From assembly GCF_036365525.1 (NCBI RefSeq), contig NC_090404.1, forward strand, positions 18,111,134 through 18,175,133: a stretch of 64,000 nucleotides of DNA. Reading direction: 5' to 3'. The notes under the pieces were generated by a model. It saw only the letters and a list, made by a program, of their open reading frames with translations, was not told the DNA's origin and made no database searches. This document shows, piece by piece, positions 1 through 12,619 of the stretch. The number at the start of each line of letters is the position of its first letter. Within the stretch, counting starts at the first letter, position 1. The stretch comes from Heterodontus francisci. Its lineage: Eukaryota. A program made the translations under genes and the position numbers.

Positions 1-2204
1 AAAAAGCACCGATCACAGTGGGGAGAAACTGTACACGTGTTCTGTGTGTGGCCAAGGTTTTAGCCGATCATCTGACCTGTCGAAACACAAGTGTAGTCAC
101 ACTGGGAAGAAACCATGTAAATATGGGGACTGTGGGAAGGGATTGAAGTATCCAGTTGAGCTGGAAACTCATTCACGTAGTCGCACCCTGGAGAGGCCGT
201 TCAACTACTCCGAGTGTGGGAAGGGATTCACTCAATCATCCAACCTGCTGGCACATCAACGGGTTCACGCTGACAAGAGACAGTTTAAATGTCTAGACTG
301 TGGGAATTGCTATTTAGGTTCTGCGGAATTGATGTCCCATCAACGTGTTCACACTTGCGAGACCATTCAGGTCCACTCACTGCGGGACTGGGTTCAGGCA
401 ATCCTCTAATCTCACTGTACGCCAACATATTCACACTGGGGAGAGGCCGTTCACCTGCTCTGAGTGTGGGAAAGGATTCACTCGGTGATCCCATCTGCTG
501 ACACACCAGAGAGTTCACATTGGGGAGAGGCCATTCTCCTGCTCAGAGTGTGGAAAGGGATTCAAAACTTCATCTAGCCTACTGTCACACCAGCGAGTTC
601 ACACTGGGGAGAGGCCATTCTCCTGCTCTGAGCGTGGGAAAGGATTCACTAAGTCATCAAACCTGCTGATACACCAGCGAGTACACACTGGGGAGAGGCC
701 GTTCACCTGCTCTGAATGCGGGAAGGGATTCACTCGTTCCTTCAACCTTCTGACACACCAGCGAGTTCACACTGGGGAGAGGCCGTTCACCTGCTCAGAG
801 TGTGGGATGGGATTCAAAACTTCGTCTAACCTGCTGTCACACCAGCGAGTTCACACTGGGGAGAAGCCGTTTCCCTGCTCAGAGTGTGGGAAGGAATTCA
901 AAACTTCATCCCACCTGCTGAGACACCAGCGAATTCACGTTGGGGAGAGGCCGTTCACCTGCTCAGAGTGTGGGAAGGGATTCAAAACTTCATCCCACCT
1001 GCTGTCACACCAGCGAGTTCACATTGGGGAGAGGCCGTTCACCTGCTCAGAGTGTGGGAACGGATTCAAAACTTCATCGAACCTGCTGTCACACCAGCGA
1101 GTTCACACTGGGGAGAGGCCGTTCACCTGCTCTGAGTGTGGGAAGGGATTCAAAACTTCATCCGAGCTGCAAAGACACCAGCGAGTTCACACTGAGGAGA
1201 GGCCATTCACCTGCTCTGAGTGTGGGAAGGGATTCAAAACTTCATCCGAGCTGCAAAGACACCAGCGAGTTCACACTGAGGAGAGGCCATTCTCCTGCTC
1301 AGAGTGTGGGAAGGGTTTCAAAGCTTCATCCATCCTGCTGTCACACCAGCGAGTTCACACTGGGGAGAGGCCATTCTCCTGCTCTGAGTGTGGGAAAGGA
1401 TTCACTCGGTCATCCCACCTGCTGAAACACCAGCGAGTTCACACTGGGGAGAGGCCATTCACCTGTTCGGTGTGTGGCAAGGAATTCGAAACTTCATCCG
1501 ATCTGCTGAGACACCAGCGAGTTCACACTGGGGAGAGGCCGTTCACCTGCTCAGAGTGTGGAAAGGGATTCAAAAGTTCATCTAACCTGCTGTCACACCA
1601 GCAAGTTCACATTGGGGAGAGGCTGTTCACCTGCTCAGAGTGTGGAAAGGAATTCAAAACTTCATCTAACCTGCTGTCACACCAGCGAGTTCACACTGGG
1701 GAGAGGCCGTTCACCTGCTCAGAGTGTGGGAAGGGATTCACTCGGTCATCCCACCTGATGTCACACCAGCGAGTTCACACTGGGGAGAGGCCATTCACCT
1801 GTTCGGTGTGTGGCAAGGAATTCAAAACTTCATCCAAACAGCTGACACACCAGCGAGTTCACACTGGGGAGAGGCCGTTCACCTGCTCAGAGTGTGGAAA
1901 GGGATTCAAAACTTCATCTAGCCTACTGTCACACCAGCGAGTTCACACTGCGGAGAAGCCGTTCAGCTGCTCAGAGTGTGGTAGGGGATTCAAAACTTCA
2001 TACGAAGTGCTGTCACACCAGCGAGTTCACACTGGGGAGAGGCCGTTCACCTGCTCCAAGTGTGGGAAGGGATTCACTTGTTCATCCACCCTGCTGGCGC
2101 ACCGGCGAGTTCACACTGGGGAGAGGCCGTTCACCTGCTCTGAATGCGGGAAGGGATTCCCTCGGTCCTCCAGTCTTCTGACACACCAGCGAGTTCACAA
2201 GTAG
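1..2204 (+). pseudogene. C2H2 zinc-finger array gene, copy 1 (5' end outside window; disrupted N-terminus; ORF 807-2204 retains ~16-17 fingers)
   Basis: 84-bp repeats encoding CxxC...HxxxH with TGERPF linkers. Frameshift at ~357-362, in-frame TGA at 486-488, Cys>Arg at 633. About 21 core fingers plus 5 degenerate N-terminal ones. Confidence 0.85.
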
Positions 2205-2603
2205 ATCGGGGATGAGAAGTTTCTGCCAAATGGCGGATTTCCAACATTGGGGTTTCGGAAATCAACTAATGGTTTCTCCCTTTCCAACCTTAACTGCTGA
2301 TAGTTCTGATTTTCTTTAATGCCGGTACAACCACAAACCGTTTTTAAGTCGTCTTTGTTTTTTATTTTCTTCCACCTCGGTGGAAATGAGCTTCAACCAG
2401 GAAAGCAAGTGGTTGCAACTGCATACTCCTTCACAACTTTAGTGTGTCAGTCTTCTGTAAATGGCAAAACAGGAGGTGTGTGTATACTCAGAGCAGTCGT
2501 GGGGAAGGGGTCAGAATCATTCATTAAGGAGGCTCTAACTGGTCACTTATAAAAACTCAATGTAATCGGGAATAGTCAGCACAGTTTTGTGAAAGGGAGA
2601 TCA

Positions 2604-3834
2604 CTTCAACATGGCGGTACCTCATCAGACGCCTTTCCTATCCTGAGTGGCGTGAAACAGGGCTATGTTATCGCACCCACACTTTTTGGGATTTTCTTCT
2701 CCCTGCTGCTCTCACATGCATTCAAGTCTTCTGAAGAAGGAATTTTCCTCCACACAAGATCAGGGGGCAGGTTGTTCAACCTTGCCCGTCTAAGAGCGAA
2801 GTTCAAAGTACGGAAAGTCCTCATCAGGGAACTCCTCTTTGCTGACGATGCTGCTCTAACATCTCACACTGAAGAGTGCCTGCAGAGTCTCATCGACAGG
2901 TTTGCGGCTGCCTGCAATGAATTTGGCCTAACCATCAGCCTCAAGAAAAGGAACATCATGGGACAGGACGTCAGAAATGCTCCATCCATCAATATTGGCA
3001 ACCACGCTCTGGAAGTGGTTCAAGAGTTCACCTAACTAGACTCAACTATCACCAGTAACCTGTCTCTCGATGCAGAAATCAACAAGCGCATGGGAAAGGC
3101 TTCCACTGCTATGTCCAGACTGACCAAGAGAGTGTGGCAAAATGGCGCACTGACATGGAGCACAAAAGTCCGAGTGTATCAACCCTGTGTCCTCAGTACC
3201 TTGCTCTGTGGCAGCGAGGCCTGGACAACGTATGTCAACCAAGAGCGACGTCTCGTTTCATTCCATCTTCGCTGCCTCCGGAGAATACTTGGCGTCAGGT
3301 GGCAGGACCGTATCTCCTACACAGAAGTCCTCGAGGCGGCCATCATCCCCAGCATATACACCCTACTGAGTCAGCGGCGCTTGAGATGGCTTGGCCATGT
3401 GAGCCGCATGGAAGATGGCAGGATCCCCAAAGACACATTGTATAGCGAGCTCGCCACTGGTACCAGACCCACCGGCCGTCCATGTCTCCGCTTTAAAGAC
3501 GTCTGCAAACGCGACGTGAAGTCCTGTGACATTGATCACAAGTCATGGGAGTCAGTTGCCAGCGTTCGCCAGAGCTGGTGGGCAGCCATAAAGGTGGGGC
3601 TAAAGTATGGCGAGTCGAAGAGACATAGCAGTTGGCAGGAAAAAAGACAAAAGCGCAAGGAGAGAGCCAACTGTGTAACAGCTCCGACAAACAAATTTTT
3701 CTGCAGCACCTGTGGAAGAGCCTGTCACTCCAGAATTGGCCTTTATAGCCACTCCAGGCGCTGCTCCACACACCACTGACCACCTCCAGGTGCTTACCCA
3801 TTGTCTCTCGAGATAAGGAGGCCAAAGAAAGAAA
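2604..3834 (+). mobile_element. 5'-truncated RTE-clade LINE
   Basis: RT motif LLFADD, C-terminal CSTCGRACHSRIGLYSH, (GAAA)n tail. Flanked by GAGATCA/GAAATCA; empty site visible near 50135. Confidence 0.93.
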
Positions 3835-4227
3835 GAAATCATGTTTAACCAATTTACTGGAGTTCTTTGAAGGAGTAACATGTGCTGTGGATAAAGGGGA
3901 GCCCGTTAACGACTGTACTTGGATTTCCAGAAGGCATTTGACAAGGTGCCACAGAAAAGATTATTGCACAAAGTAGAAACTCATGGTGTAGTGGGGTAAC
4001 ATATTAGCATGAATAGAAGATTGGCTGGCAGAAAACAGAGTATACATAAATGGGTCCTTTTCTGATTGGCAGGATTTGACGAGTGGAGTCCTGCAGGGGC
4101 CTCAACTTTTTCCAATTTATATCAATGACTTAGATGAGGGGAGTGTAGGCATGGTAGCTAAATTGGCAGATGACACAAAGATAGGTAGGAAAATATGTTG
4201 TGAAGAGGACATAAGGAGGTTGCAGAC

Positions 4228-7200
4228 GGTGAGAACAGAAATTTCAAGAACAGAATAATATGGGGACATTTAAGATGAAATAATTAATCATGTATTACTA
4301 ACAAACTAACTTCGGAGCTGCACAGACAGCTTATCAGTAATGACTTCATAGCTTTAGAGCTTCAGCAGACAGCTTATCAGAAATTAATAGTAGCCTATTC
4401 AGTGCTGTAGGGACAGCTTATCAGTACAAATAGACTAACCAGCAAAAACCTAGCAGGACAGCTGCAGCTGTTGAAGACTAACCCTTTGTATGACAATCAG
4501 CCCAACGTTCCCAGGAGATTCTTTTGGGCCTCCTTATCTCGAGAGACAATGGATACGCGCCTGGAGGTGGTCAGTGGTTTGTGAAGCAGCGCCTGGAGTG
4601 GCTATAAAGGCCAATTCTGGAGTGACAGGCTCTTCCACAGGTGCTGCAGAGAAATTTGTTTGTTGGGGCTGTTGCACAGTTGGCTCTCCCCTTGCGCCTC
4701 TGTCTTTTTTCCTGCCAACTACTAAGTCTCTTCGACTCGCCACAATTTAGCCCTGTCTTTATGGCTGCCCGCCAGCTCTGGCGAATGCTGGCAACTGACT
4801 CCCACGACTTGTGATCAATGTCACACGATTTCATGTCACGTTTGCAGACGTCTTTATAACGGAGACATGGACGGCCGGTGGGTCTGATACCAGTGGCGAG
4901 CTCGCTGTACAATGTGTCTTTGGGGATCCTGCCATCTTCCATGCGGCTCACATGGCCAAGCCATCTCAAGCGCCGCTGACTCAGTAGTGTGTATAAGCTG
5001 GGGGTGTTGGCCGCTTCAAGGACTTCTGTGTTGGAGATATAGTCCTGCCACCTGATGCCAAGTATTCTCCGAAGGCAGCGAAGATGGAATGAATTGAGAC
5101 GTCGCTCTTGGCTGGCATACGTTGTCCAGGCCTCGCTGCCGTAGAGCAAGGTACTGAGGACACAGGCCTGATACACTCGGACTTTTGTGTTCCGTGTCAG
5201 TGCCCCATTTTCCCACACTCTCTTGGCCAGTCTGGACATAGCAGTGGAAGCCTTACCCATGCGCTTGTTGATTTCTGCATCTAGAGACAGGTTACTGGTG
5301 ATAGTTGAGCCTAGGTAGGTGAACTCTTGAACCACTTCCAGAGCGTGGTCGCCAATATTGATGGATGGAGCATTTCTGACATCCTGCCCCATGATGTTCG
5401 TTTTCTTGAGGCTGATGGTTAGGCCAAATTCATTGCAGGCAGACGCAAACCTGTCGATGAGACTCTGCAGGCATTCTTCAGTGTGAGATGTTAAAGCAGC
5501 ATCGTCAGCAAAGAGGAGTTCTCTGATGAGGACTTTCCGTACTTTGGACTTCGCTCTTAGACGGGCAAGGTTGAACAACCTGCCCCCTGATCTTGTGTGG
5601 AGGAAAATTCCTTCTTCAGAGGATTTGAACGCATGTGAAAGCAGCAGGGAGAAGAAAATCCCAAAAAGTGTGGGTGCGAGAACACAGCCCTGTTTCACAC
5701 CACTCAGGATAGGAAAGGGCTCTGATGAGGAGCCACCATGTTGAATTGTGCCTTTCATATTGTCATGGAATGAGGTGATGATACTTAGTAGCTATGGTGG
5801 ACATCCGATCTTTTCTAGTAGTCTGAAGAGACCACGTCTGCTGACGAGGTCAAAGGCTTTGGTGAGATCAATGAAAGCAATGTAGAGGGGCATCTGTTGT
5901 TCACGGCATTTCTCCTGTATCTGACGAAGGGAGAACAGCATGTCAATAGTCGATCTCTCTGCACGAAAGCCACACTGTGCCTCAGGGTAGACGCGCTCGG
6001 CCAGCTTCTGGAGCCTGTTCAGAGCGACTCGAGCAAAGACTTTCCCCACTATGCTGAGCAGGGAGATTCCACGGTAGTTGTTGCAGTCACCGCGGTCACC
6101 TTTGTTTTTATAGAGGGTGATGATGTTGGCATCGCGCATGTCCTGGGGTACTGCTCCCTCGTCCCAGCACAGGCATAGCAGTTCATGTAGTGCTGAGAGT
6201 ATAGCAGGCTTGGCACTCTTGATTATTTCAGGGGTAATGCTGTCCTTCCCAGGGGCTTTTCCGCTGGCTAGGGAATCAATGGCATCACTGAGTTCCGATT
6301 TGGTTGGCTGTATGTCCAGCTCATCCATGACTGGTAGAGGCTGGGCTGCATTGAGGGCAGTCTCAGTGACAGCATTCTCCCTGGAGTACAGTTCTAGGTA
6401 GTGCTCAACCCAGCGGTCCATCTGTTTGCGTTGGTCAGTGATTATGTCCCCCGATTTAGATTTGAGGGGGGTGATCTTCTTGATGGTTGGCCCAAGAGCT
6501 CTCTTCATGCCATCATACATTCCTCTGATGTTTCCGGTGTCTGAGGCCAGCTGAATATGACTGCATAGGTGTTGCCAGTAGTCGTTTGCGCAACGCCTAG
6601 CTGTTCTTTGTGCAGTACTTCTGGCTGCTTTAAGTGCTGCGGATGTTAAATCGCTGGGGGCTTTCTTGTAGTTCAAAAGTGCAATGCGCTTAGCGGCTAT
6701 GACAGGTTCCAGCTCTTCATTATGAGATTCAAACCAGTCTGCATTTCTCTTCGCACTTTTGCCGTAGGTGGTCAAAGCTGACTCATAGATGGCGTCTCTG
6801 ATGTGGGCCCACTTGGTCTCAGCATCCCCTGTGGGAGTGTTTTGAAGGGCTGTTACAAGTGAATTTAGAAATTTTTGTAACAGCTGTGGGTGAGAAATTC
6901 TGCTCGTGTTGATGCGCGGGTGGCCCTTCTGCTTGGAATGATGCAACTTCTTTGGTCTGAGTCTAACCTTGCTGCACACCAGGGAGTGGTCGGTGTCGCA
7001 GTCCGCACTGTGGAAGCTGCGTGTGATTTGAACACTGTTTAAGGCGGCTCGCCTTGTGACAATGAGGTCTAGCTGGTGCCAACGACGTGATCTTGGGTGC
7101 CTCCATGAAACCTGGTGACAGGGTTTAGTGTGAAAGAACGAGTTGGTGATGCAGAGGATATGATAGGTACACAACTCAAGCAGTCTCTGCCCGTTCTCAT

Positions 7201-7947
7201 TCATCCTTCCAACGCCATAGCGCCCAAGGCAGGAGGGCCATGAGTCATGGTCAGCCCCAACCCTGGCATTAAAGTCCCCCAGCAGGAATAGGTGTTCGGT
7301 GTTGGGGATGCTGCTAATGATATGGAGTTGTTCATAGAACTGGTCTTTAGCTTCAGGTGCGGAGCAGAGTGTTGGAGCATAGATGCTGAGTAGGTGTACT
7401 GGACCAGAGGTGGTGAGCAGTCGGATGGACAGTATGCGTTCCGAGCCATTTGAGGGAGGCTCTATCATGCTGAGCAAGGAGTTTCTGATGGCGAAGCCCA
7501 CTCCATGCTGTCTTGGTTCTTCAGGATCCCTGCCCTGCCAGAAGAAGGTGTAGTCTTGCTCTGCTAGAGAGCCACTCGCGGGGAGGCGAGTCTCCTGAAG
7601 TGCTGCAATGTCCACAATGTCCCAGGAGATAGGGGAATAAGAAACTGCTTGAGGAGAGGGCGACAAGGCAGTGCCCCAATCAGGCCCTGACACCAAGAAA
7701 CTGCAAAGTTTGTGAACCAATTGGGAACATAAAGGGGGTGTCACTAATTTGTGAGAAGAACTATAAGAAAGGCTTGAATTCCCTCCTCCAGCACGGAGGA
7801 AGAGGGAGGAGAGCCCAGGTGTTGTTGTTGTTCGCTTTGCTGATGATGTAACCACTAAGTACTACAATAAAGTTTCTTAAAGCTCCAGTCGGACTTCGTC
7901 TCTTTTTGGTGTAACCAATGAGAACATAAAAAAACTGAGATCCAACA
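4228..7947 (+). mobile_element. ERV solo LTR (~610 bp) split by an RTE insertion
   Basis: CAGAC 5-bp TSD (4223-4227 / 7948-7952), ends CCAACA, TATAAG and AATAAA (7866). Same LTR as the provirus at 62408. Confidence 0.9.
4520..7619 (-). mobile_element. Young near-full-length RTE-clade LINE (APE endonuclease + RT; one in-frame TAG at 5792-5794)
   Basis: ALQETR, LGDFNARVG, TDH (EN); NYRGISLL, FIDLTKAFD, FADD (RT). 11-bp TSD TCCCAGGAGAT (4509-4519 / 7620-7630). ORFs 5792-7855 and 4571-5758 are in the same frame. Confidence 0.95.
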
Positions 7948-9253
7948 CAGACCAATATATATAGGTTGAGTGAGTGGGCAAAATCTGGCAGATGGAGTAT
8001 AATGTGGGAAATGTGAAGTTGTTCACTTTGGCAAGAGGAATAAAAAAGCAGAGTTTTACTTAAATAGAGAGGGCTGTATGTATTTTAGTGCATGAGTCAC
8101 AAAAAGTAATAAAGAAGGTGAATGGAACGCTACCCGATTATGAGAGGAATTGAAAATAAAAGTAAGGATGTTATGCTTCAGTTATACAGGGCATTGGTGA
8201 GACCACATCTCGAATACTGTGTGCAGTTTTGGTATCCTTACTTAAGAAAGGATGTAAATGTGTTAAAGGAGGTTTAGAGGAGGTTTACTAGATTGATACC
8301 TGGAATGAGCTTGTTGTCTTATGAGGAAAGTTTGGACAGACTGGGCTTGTTTTCACTGGAGTTTAGAAGAGTGAGGGAGACTTAACTGAAGTATATAAGA
8401 TCCTGAATGGTTTTGACAAGGTGGATGTGGAAAGGATGTTTCCTCGTATGGGTGAGTCCAGAACTAGGGGACACTGTTTTAAAATTAGGGGTCGCCCTTT
8501 TAGGACAGAGATGAGGAGAGATTTTGTCTCTGAGGGTTTGGGCAACCTTGGAACTCTCTGCCTCAGAAGGTGGTGGAGGCGGGGTCATTGAATATGTTTA
8601 AAGCCGGGGTAGATAGATTCTTGTTAGGCAAGGGAATTGAAGGTTATCGAGGGTAGATGGGAGTTTGGAATTCGATACACAAACAGATCAGCCATGATCT
8701 TATTGAATGGCAGAGCAGGCTAGAGGGGCAGAATGGCCAATTTCTGCTCCTAATTCGTATGTTCATATGTATGACCAATTCCGAGTGTTTGTTTTTGCCT
8801 TCGTGGGATATCTTAGCAGAGACTACTTGAGAACTGACACAGCTCATTTGACATGGTTTAAAATTAATGGTGCAGGATCAGTAGCTGGCAAGTCACTGGT
8901 CTGCAGCAAAAACATTGGTCTGTCAATAGGAAATTGAAACTTGCTTCCATTTACACAACAGTGTGTTTGAAGTAATTTCTGAAAACCCTGCACAAACTGA
9001 TTACTGTATGTGAATATCCTGCAGTGAGCATGAGCTGTATAAACTGAATATGTCCTGTACTTTGCAGCAACTGAAGTGATCTGGAATTTCCACTTATCGG
9101 TTTGCTCAGGTGTATGGCTGAATTCCATTCATTGTTCATCTTCACTTTCACTGTCTACTGCCCCAGTCACACTGTGAACCTTGAGTCAGTGTGAAGCTGT
9201 CTTTTGCACCACACTGATGCAAGGCAAGGAGTATAACTCTGGCCATCTTTCTT

Positions 9254-12200
9254 CAAGGCAGCTAAAATGGCCAACTGAGACCTGGTCCCTTTTAATACAA
9301 AGCAAGCTAACTGGAAAAGCACTTGAGGTTTATTCCTTGTTTCCAGGTGGGAGTTCATCACATTATGAACTGACCAAAAATGCTATCTTCGGGCATATGA
9401 ATTTAGTACCCAAAGCCTGCCGCCAAAAGTTTAGAACCCTCAAAAAGCAAGCTAATCAAACTTATCTGGAGGTAAGCAGCTGGCTTTTGACCAGTGGATG
9501 AGGGCTCTTAAAATACAGCTCAGCTATGAGACTCTCTGAGGAGTAATTCTGTTAGAGGAATTTAAAAACTCTCTCCCACTCTCAATAAAGACCCATGTAG
9601 AGGAGCAGTGGGTTCAGGGAGCCCGGCAAGCGGCCGTTCTGGTTGATGAGTTTTCTTTAATATGTAAGTCCGTTTCCCAGGGGAGAACCTTTCCTAATCA
9701 CCTCCACAAATCCAAAAAGGACAAAGGGTGGGAAGGTGATCTCCGCCCAGCCAATCCTGAGAGAGAAAGGAAAGCAGGAGACACAGGGGGCCCTCCTCCA
9801 GCCAAGAGGGAAGGTGCTGTGAGCAAGAGTGAGACCTGGAGACCTGTGTGATTCCATTGTAATAAAGCAGGGCATTTAAAAGCTGACTGCTGGAAACTAA
9901 AGGGGAAACCAATAGGTTTAATCAGGGCACACCTGCTCAGTGAACACAGGGACCTGATGCAAAGCACAGCAGAACAAGCTGTGGCTTTAACTACAGTAAG
10001 AGTCAGACCCAGGAAGATTACTACGGCCAGTGCAGGAAAAGCTAATAGGATTCCTGAAGGTTATCAGGGTTTTGTGTCTGAAGGGAAAGTAACCGCATAC
10101 CCCTTGAGTGGGGCAAGCAAGCCCATAGTGATTCTTTGGGACCACGAGATCCCTTCTTAGGGACACAGGGGCCACTTGATCTCTTTTACTGGGAAAAGGC
10201 CTGACCTTTCCCCCAGAGCGTGCAGTGAACACCAACATGGTGGTGAATGGTATTGGAGGTCAGTGTATGCCTGTACCTGGACACCGGGTGCACTTGGAGT
10301 GTGACCTAGTTTCGGGATCGGTGACCGTAGGGATTGTCCCTAGTTTGCCTGTGGACAGGGTTGACCTGCTCCTAGGTAACGGTCTGTTGGCGGTGAAGGT
10401 GGTAGTCCCCCAGACGTGAAAGAAAGACCGCAGGAGGTCAGAGAGACAGGGCTGTGGCAGGAGACGGTTCCCTGCAGTTTCCCTAAATGTGTAGTGGATC
10501 AGGCCATGAGCAAACCAGTTCCTGCAGAGGAGACTGCAATGGCACTGTGTGCAAATGAGCTCGAGGTCTGCCTGTCCGAGACTTTCTTTGGAAAGTTAGG
10601 AGACCCAGGGAATGAATTAAATGGATTTTCCCGAGGTGAGGCTCAGCGAGCCGACCCAGTATTGCGAGAGTTAGCACGCTGCCCAGTCTGAAAGTGAAGC
10701 AGAGGGAGTCCCTGATTGCTACTATTTAAAAATGAGGTACTGATGAGGAAATGGAATTCTCCTCACAGACCTGAGGGAAAAGAGTGGACAGTAGTTCATC
10801 AGTTCATTGTGCTACAGAGGTACTGGGGAGAAATATTGAGAAAGGCCCATGTGACTGAACATGCCGGTATATGAAAGACCAAAGCCCACATAAGACAGTA
10901 GTTTGACTGGCCAAAACTCCACAAAGATGTGGTGGAGTACTGCAGGAGTTGCTACATGTGCCAGGTTGAGGAGAAACACCAACCTACAGTGAAACCTCCT
11001 CAGTCCTGTACCGGTGATAGGAGGACCCTCCAGCCAAGGGCTGGTGAACTGTACAGGATCCATGCTGAGAACAAAAGGGGACAAGCAGGCACATGGCTGG
11101 CATAGATTTGGAAAGAGAAGGGGAAAACGTGACCAAGAGGGCAGGTTAAAGAAAGTCCGGGAGGAATCCGGATAAAAACCCCTACTGTGTGGTCAGCCAA
11201 CCACAAAAAATTTGAAAAGTTAGACCCCGCCTCTCAGTGGCACAGATACATGAGGGTGATGCCTCACCTAGTCGAAGTGCCAAGGGAGAGTGCAGTCGAG
11301 TCTGCACACATAGCTGCAGGTAGGAGTGTCCCAGAGAACAGAGGGGAGTTTAACAAAGAATCCTCCCCCACAGTCAGAGGAAAAGTGCACCACCTATCCC
11401 CTGAAGGCAAAAGGCTTTGCATGATTCAGCAAACCACTGAGAGAGAGTTCAGGATAGACCCACCCACCACTAACTCTTGGGGGAAAAAAATGACCCGAAA
11501 AGGAACAAAACCTGAGGCAGTCATGGCAATGGGCAAACTGAAGAAAAGCTTCCCCTGAAAGAACTACCTGGTTACTGGGATGCCAAAAAAGGGGACATTA
11601 AAGCAACACCGGCACCCAGAAAAGACAATTCTAATTGGCTTTAAGATTGCTGAAGGAATGGAAATGAATGAGAGAAATGTATCTTATATTTCTCTCAAAA
11701 TTGTAATGAAATGTGCCATTTTTTTTTCAAATTGCATTTCATTCCCCTGGGTGTGGAGGTGTCATGCAGGCCCCCACCTGCCAAGAATGAGACACATTAA
11801 TTTTGCCACATGGACATTAAAACTTATCGTCGTTGCTGGGAAGAAAAGAGGGCCGATCACAAGGAATTGCCAGGCCCCTCATCAGAAAGGCCTTTTCTGC
11901 ATACTGGCAGACAGCATTGGAACAAAGGATCCAGTCCCTGCTTCCCAATACAGAGAAGACGTGGTCAGACCAGTTTAGTCACATGACTAACTGGCTGTGG
12001 CAGGAATTTGAACTTGCCACAGAGTTTTGAACTGAAACTCAGAAAGCTGTTTGCTCCTGGACTGAAAAGACCTCTCTCCTTTCTGCTCTCATTTCTTTCT
12101 CACCAGCTTTGGAATCCATTGAAGATACAGGAACCCCAAGAGAGAAATGTCTCCTACAGTGAACAAGGTTTAAGACTATCGGGCCCCAACGAAAAGCAAG

Positions 12201-12619
12201 AATAACTTACAAGCAAGAACTACCTACAAAAGGACTGCAATGAGCCCGAAGCACAGTAACAAGAAACTCTTCTGATATTGCCTCAAACTTCTCCACTTTA
12301 TTTTTTTCTTCCACTCTTTTCTGTCTCTACTTGCATGTGCATATTGCATATGCATGCAAACTTGGGGCACGACGTGTATCCATAGTTTCTTAACCGAATT
12401 AGAGTTTAAGTTTAAATTTTAATAAATTTCACTTTTCTTCTTTGAACCTAAGAAGGCCTGTCTGTGTCATTTCTTTGCTTTATAATTGGAAAGCAGTGAT
12501 CAAGGATTCGCTAAGGGGGAGCTCAAAACACACCGTGTTTAAAAATTAATTCATGTTACAGTAAGATCAGGTGAAGGCTGAAAGACACCCCTAGACATCT
12601 TTCTCACCTGGTCGTAACA
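9254..12619 (+). mobile_element. Degenerate Gmr1-like Ty3/gypsy LTR element (gag-PR-INT zinc finger, RT absent, 3' LTR only)
   Basis: Gag WSLLIQSKLTGKA, RQKFR, ILLEEFKNSL and CCHC knuckle; protease LRDTGA and DLLLGN; then directly the integrase HHCC region (WPKLHKDVVEYCRSC..CQ); PPT followed by LTR. Confidence 0.8.
11760..12619 (+). mobile_element. 3' LTR of the Gmr1-like element
   Basis: TGTCAT...GTAACA termini, purine-rich GGGTGTGGAGG immediately upstream, internal AATAAA. Confidence 0.85.

Larger units (their letters stand above)
2494..8773 (+). mobile_element. Old CR1 LINE 3' fragment (host A), interrupted by RTE, ERV LTR and a second RTE
   Basis: Degenerate CR1 ORF2 motifs ([46 protein letters not shown]) resume across the insertions; ends in a GTATGTTC-type tail. 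Confidence 0.85.

Noticed and set aside
884-2181. Many alternative-frame ORFs over the ZF arrays (MWEGIQNF..., MGRGRSPAQ...)
   Set aside because: Shadow frames of the 84-bp coding repeat, mostly with GTG/TTG starts; no independent evidence of coding.
5792-7855. 687-aa ORF with a novel N-terminus
   Set aside because: Chance fusion: the first ~78 codons are antisense LTR sequence joined in frame to the 5'-truncated RTE at its TSD.
10125-10190. Apparent duplicated protease active-site motif
   Set aside because: A small local duplication that breaks the frame just before LRDTGA; this is decay, not function.
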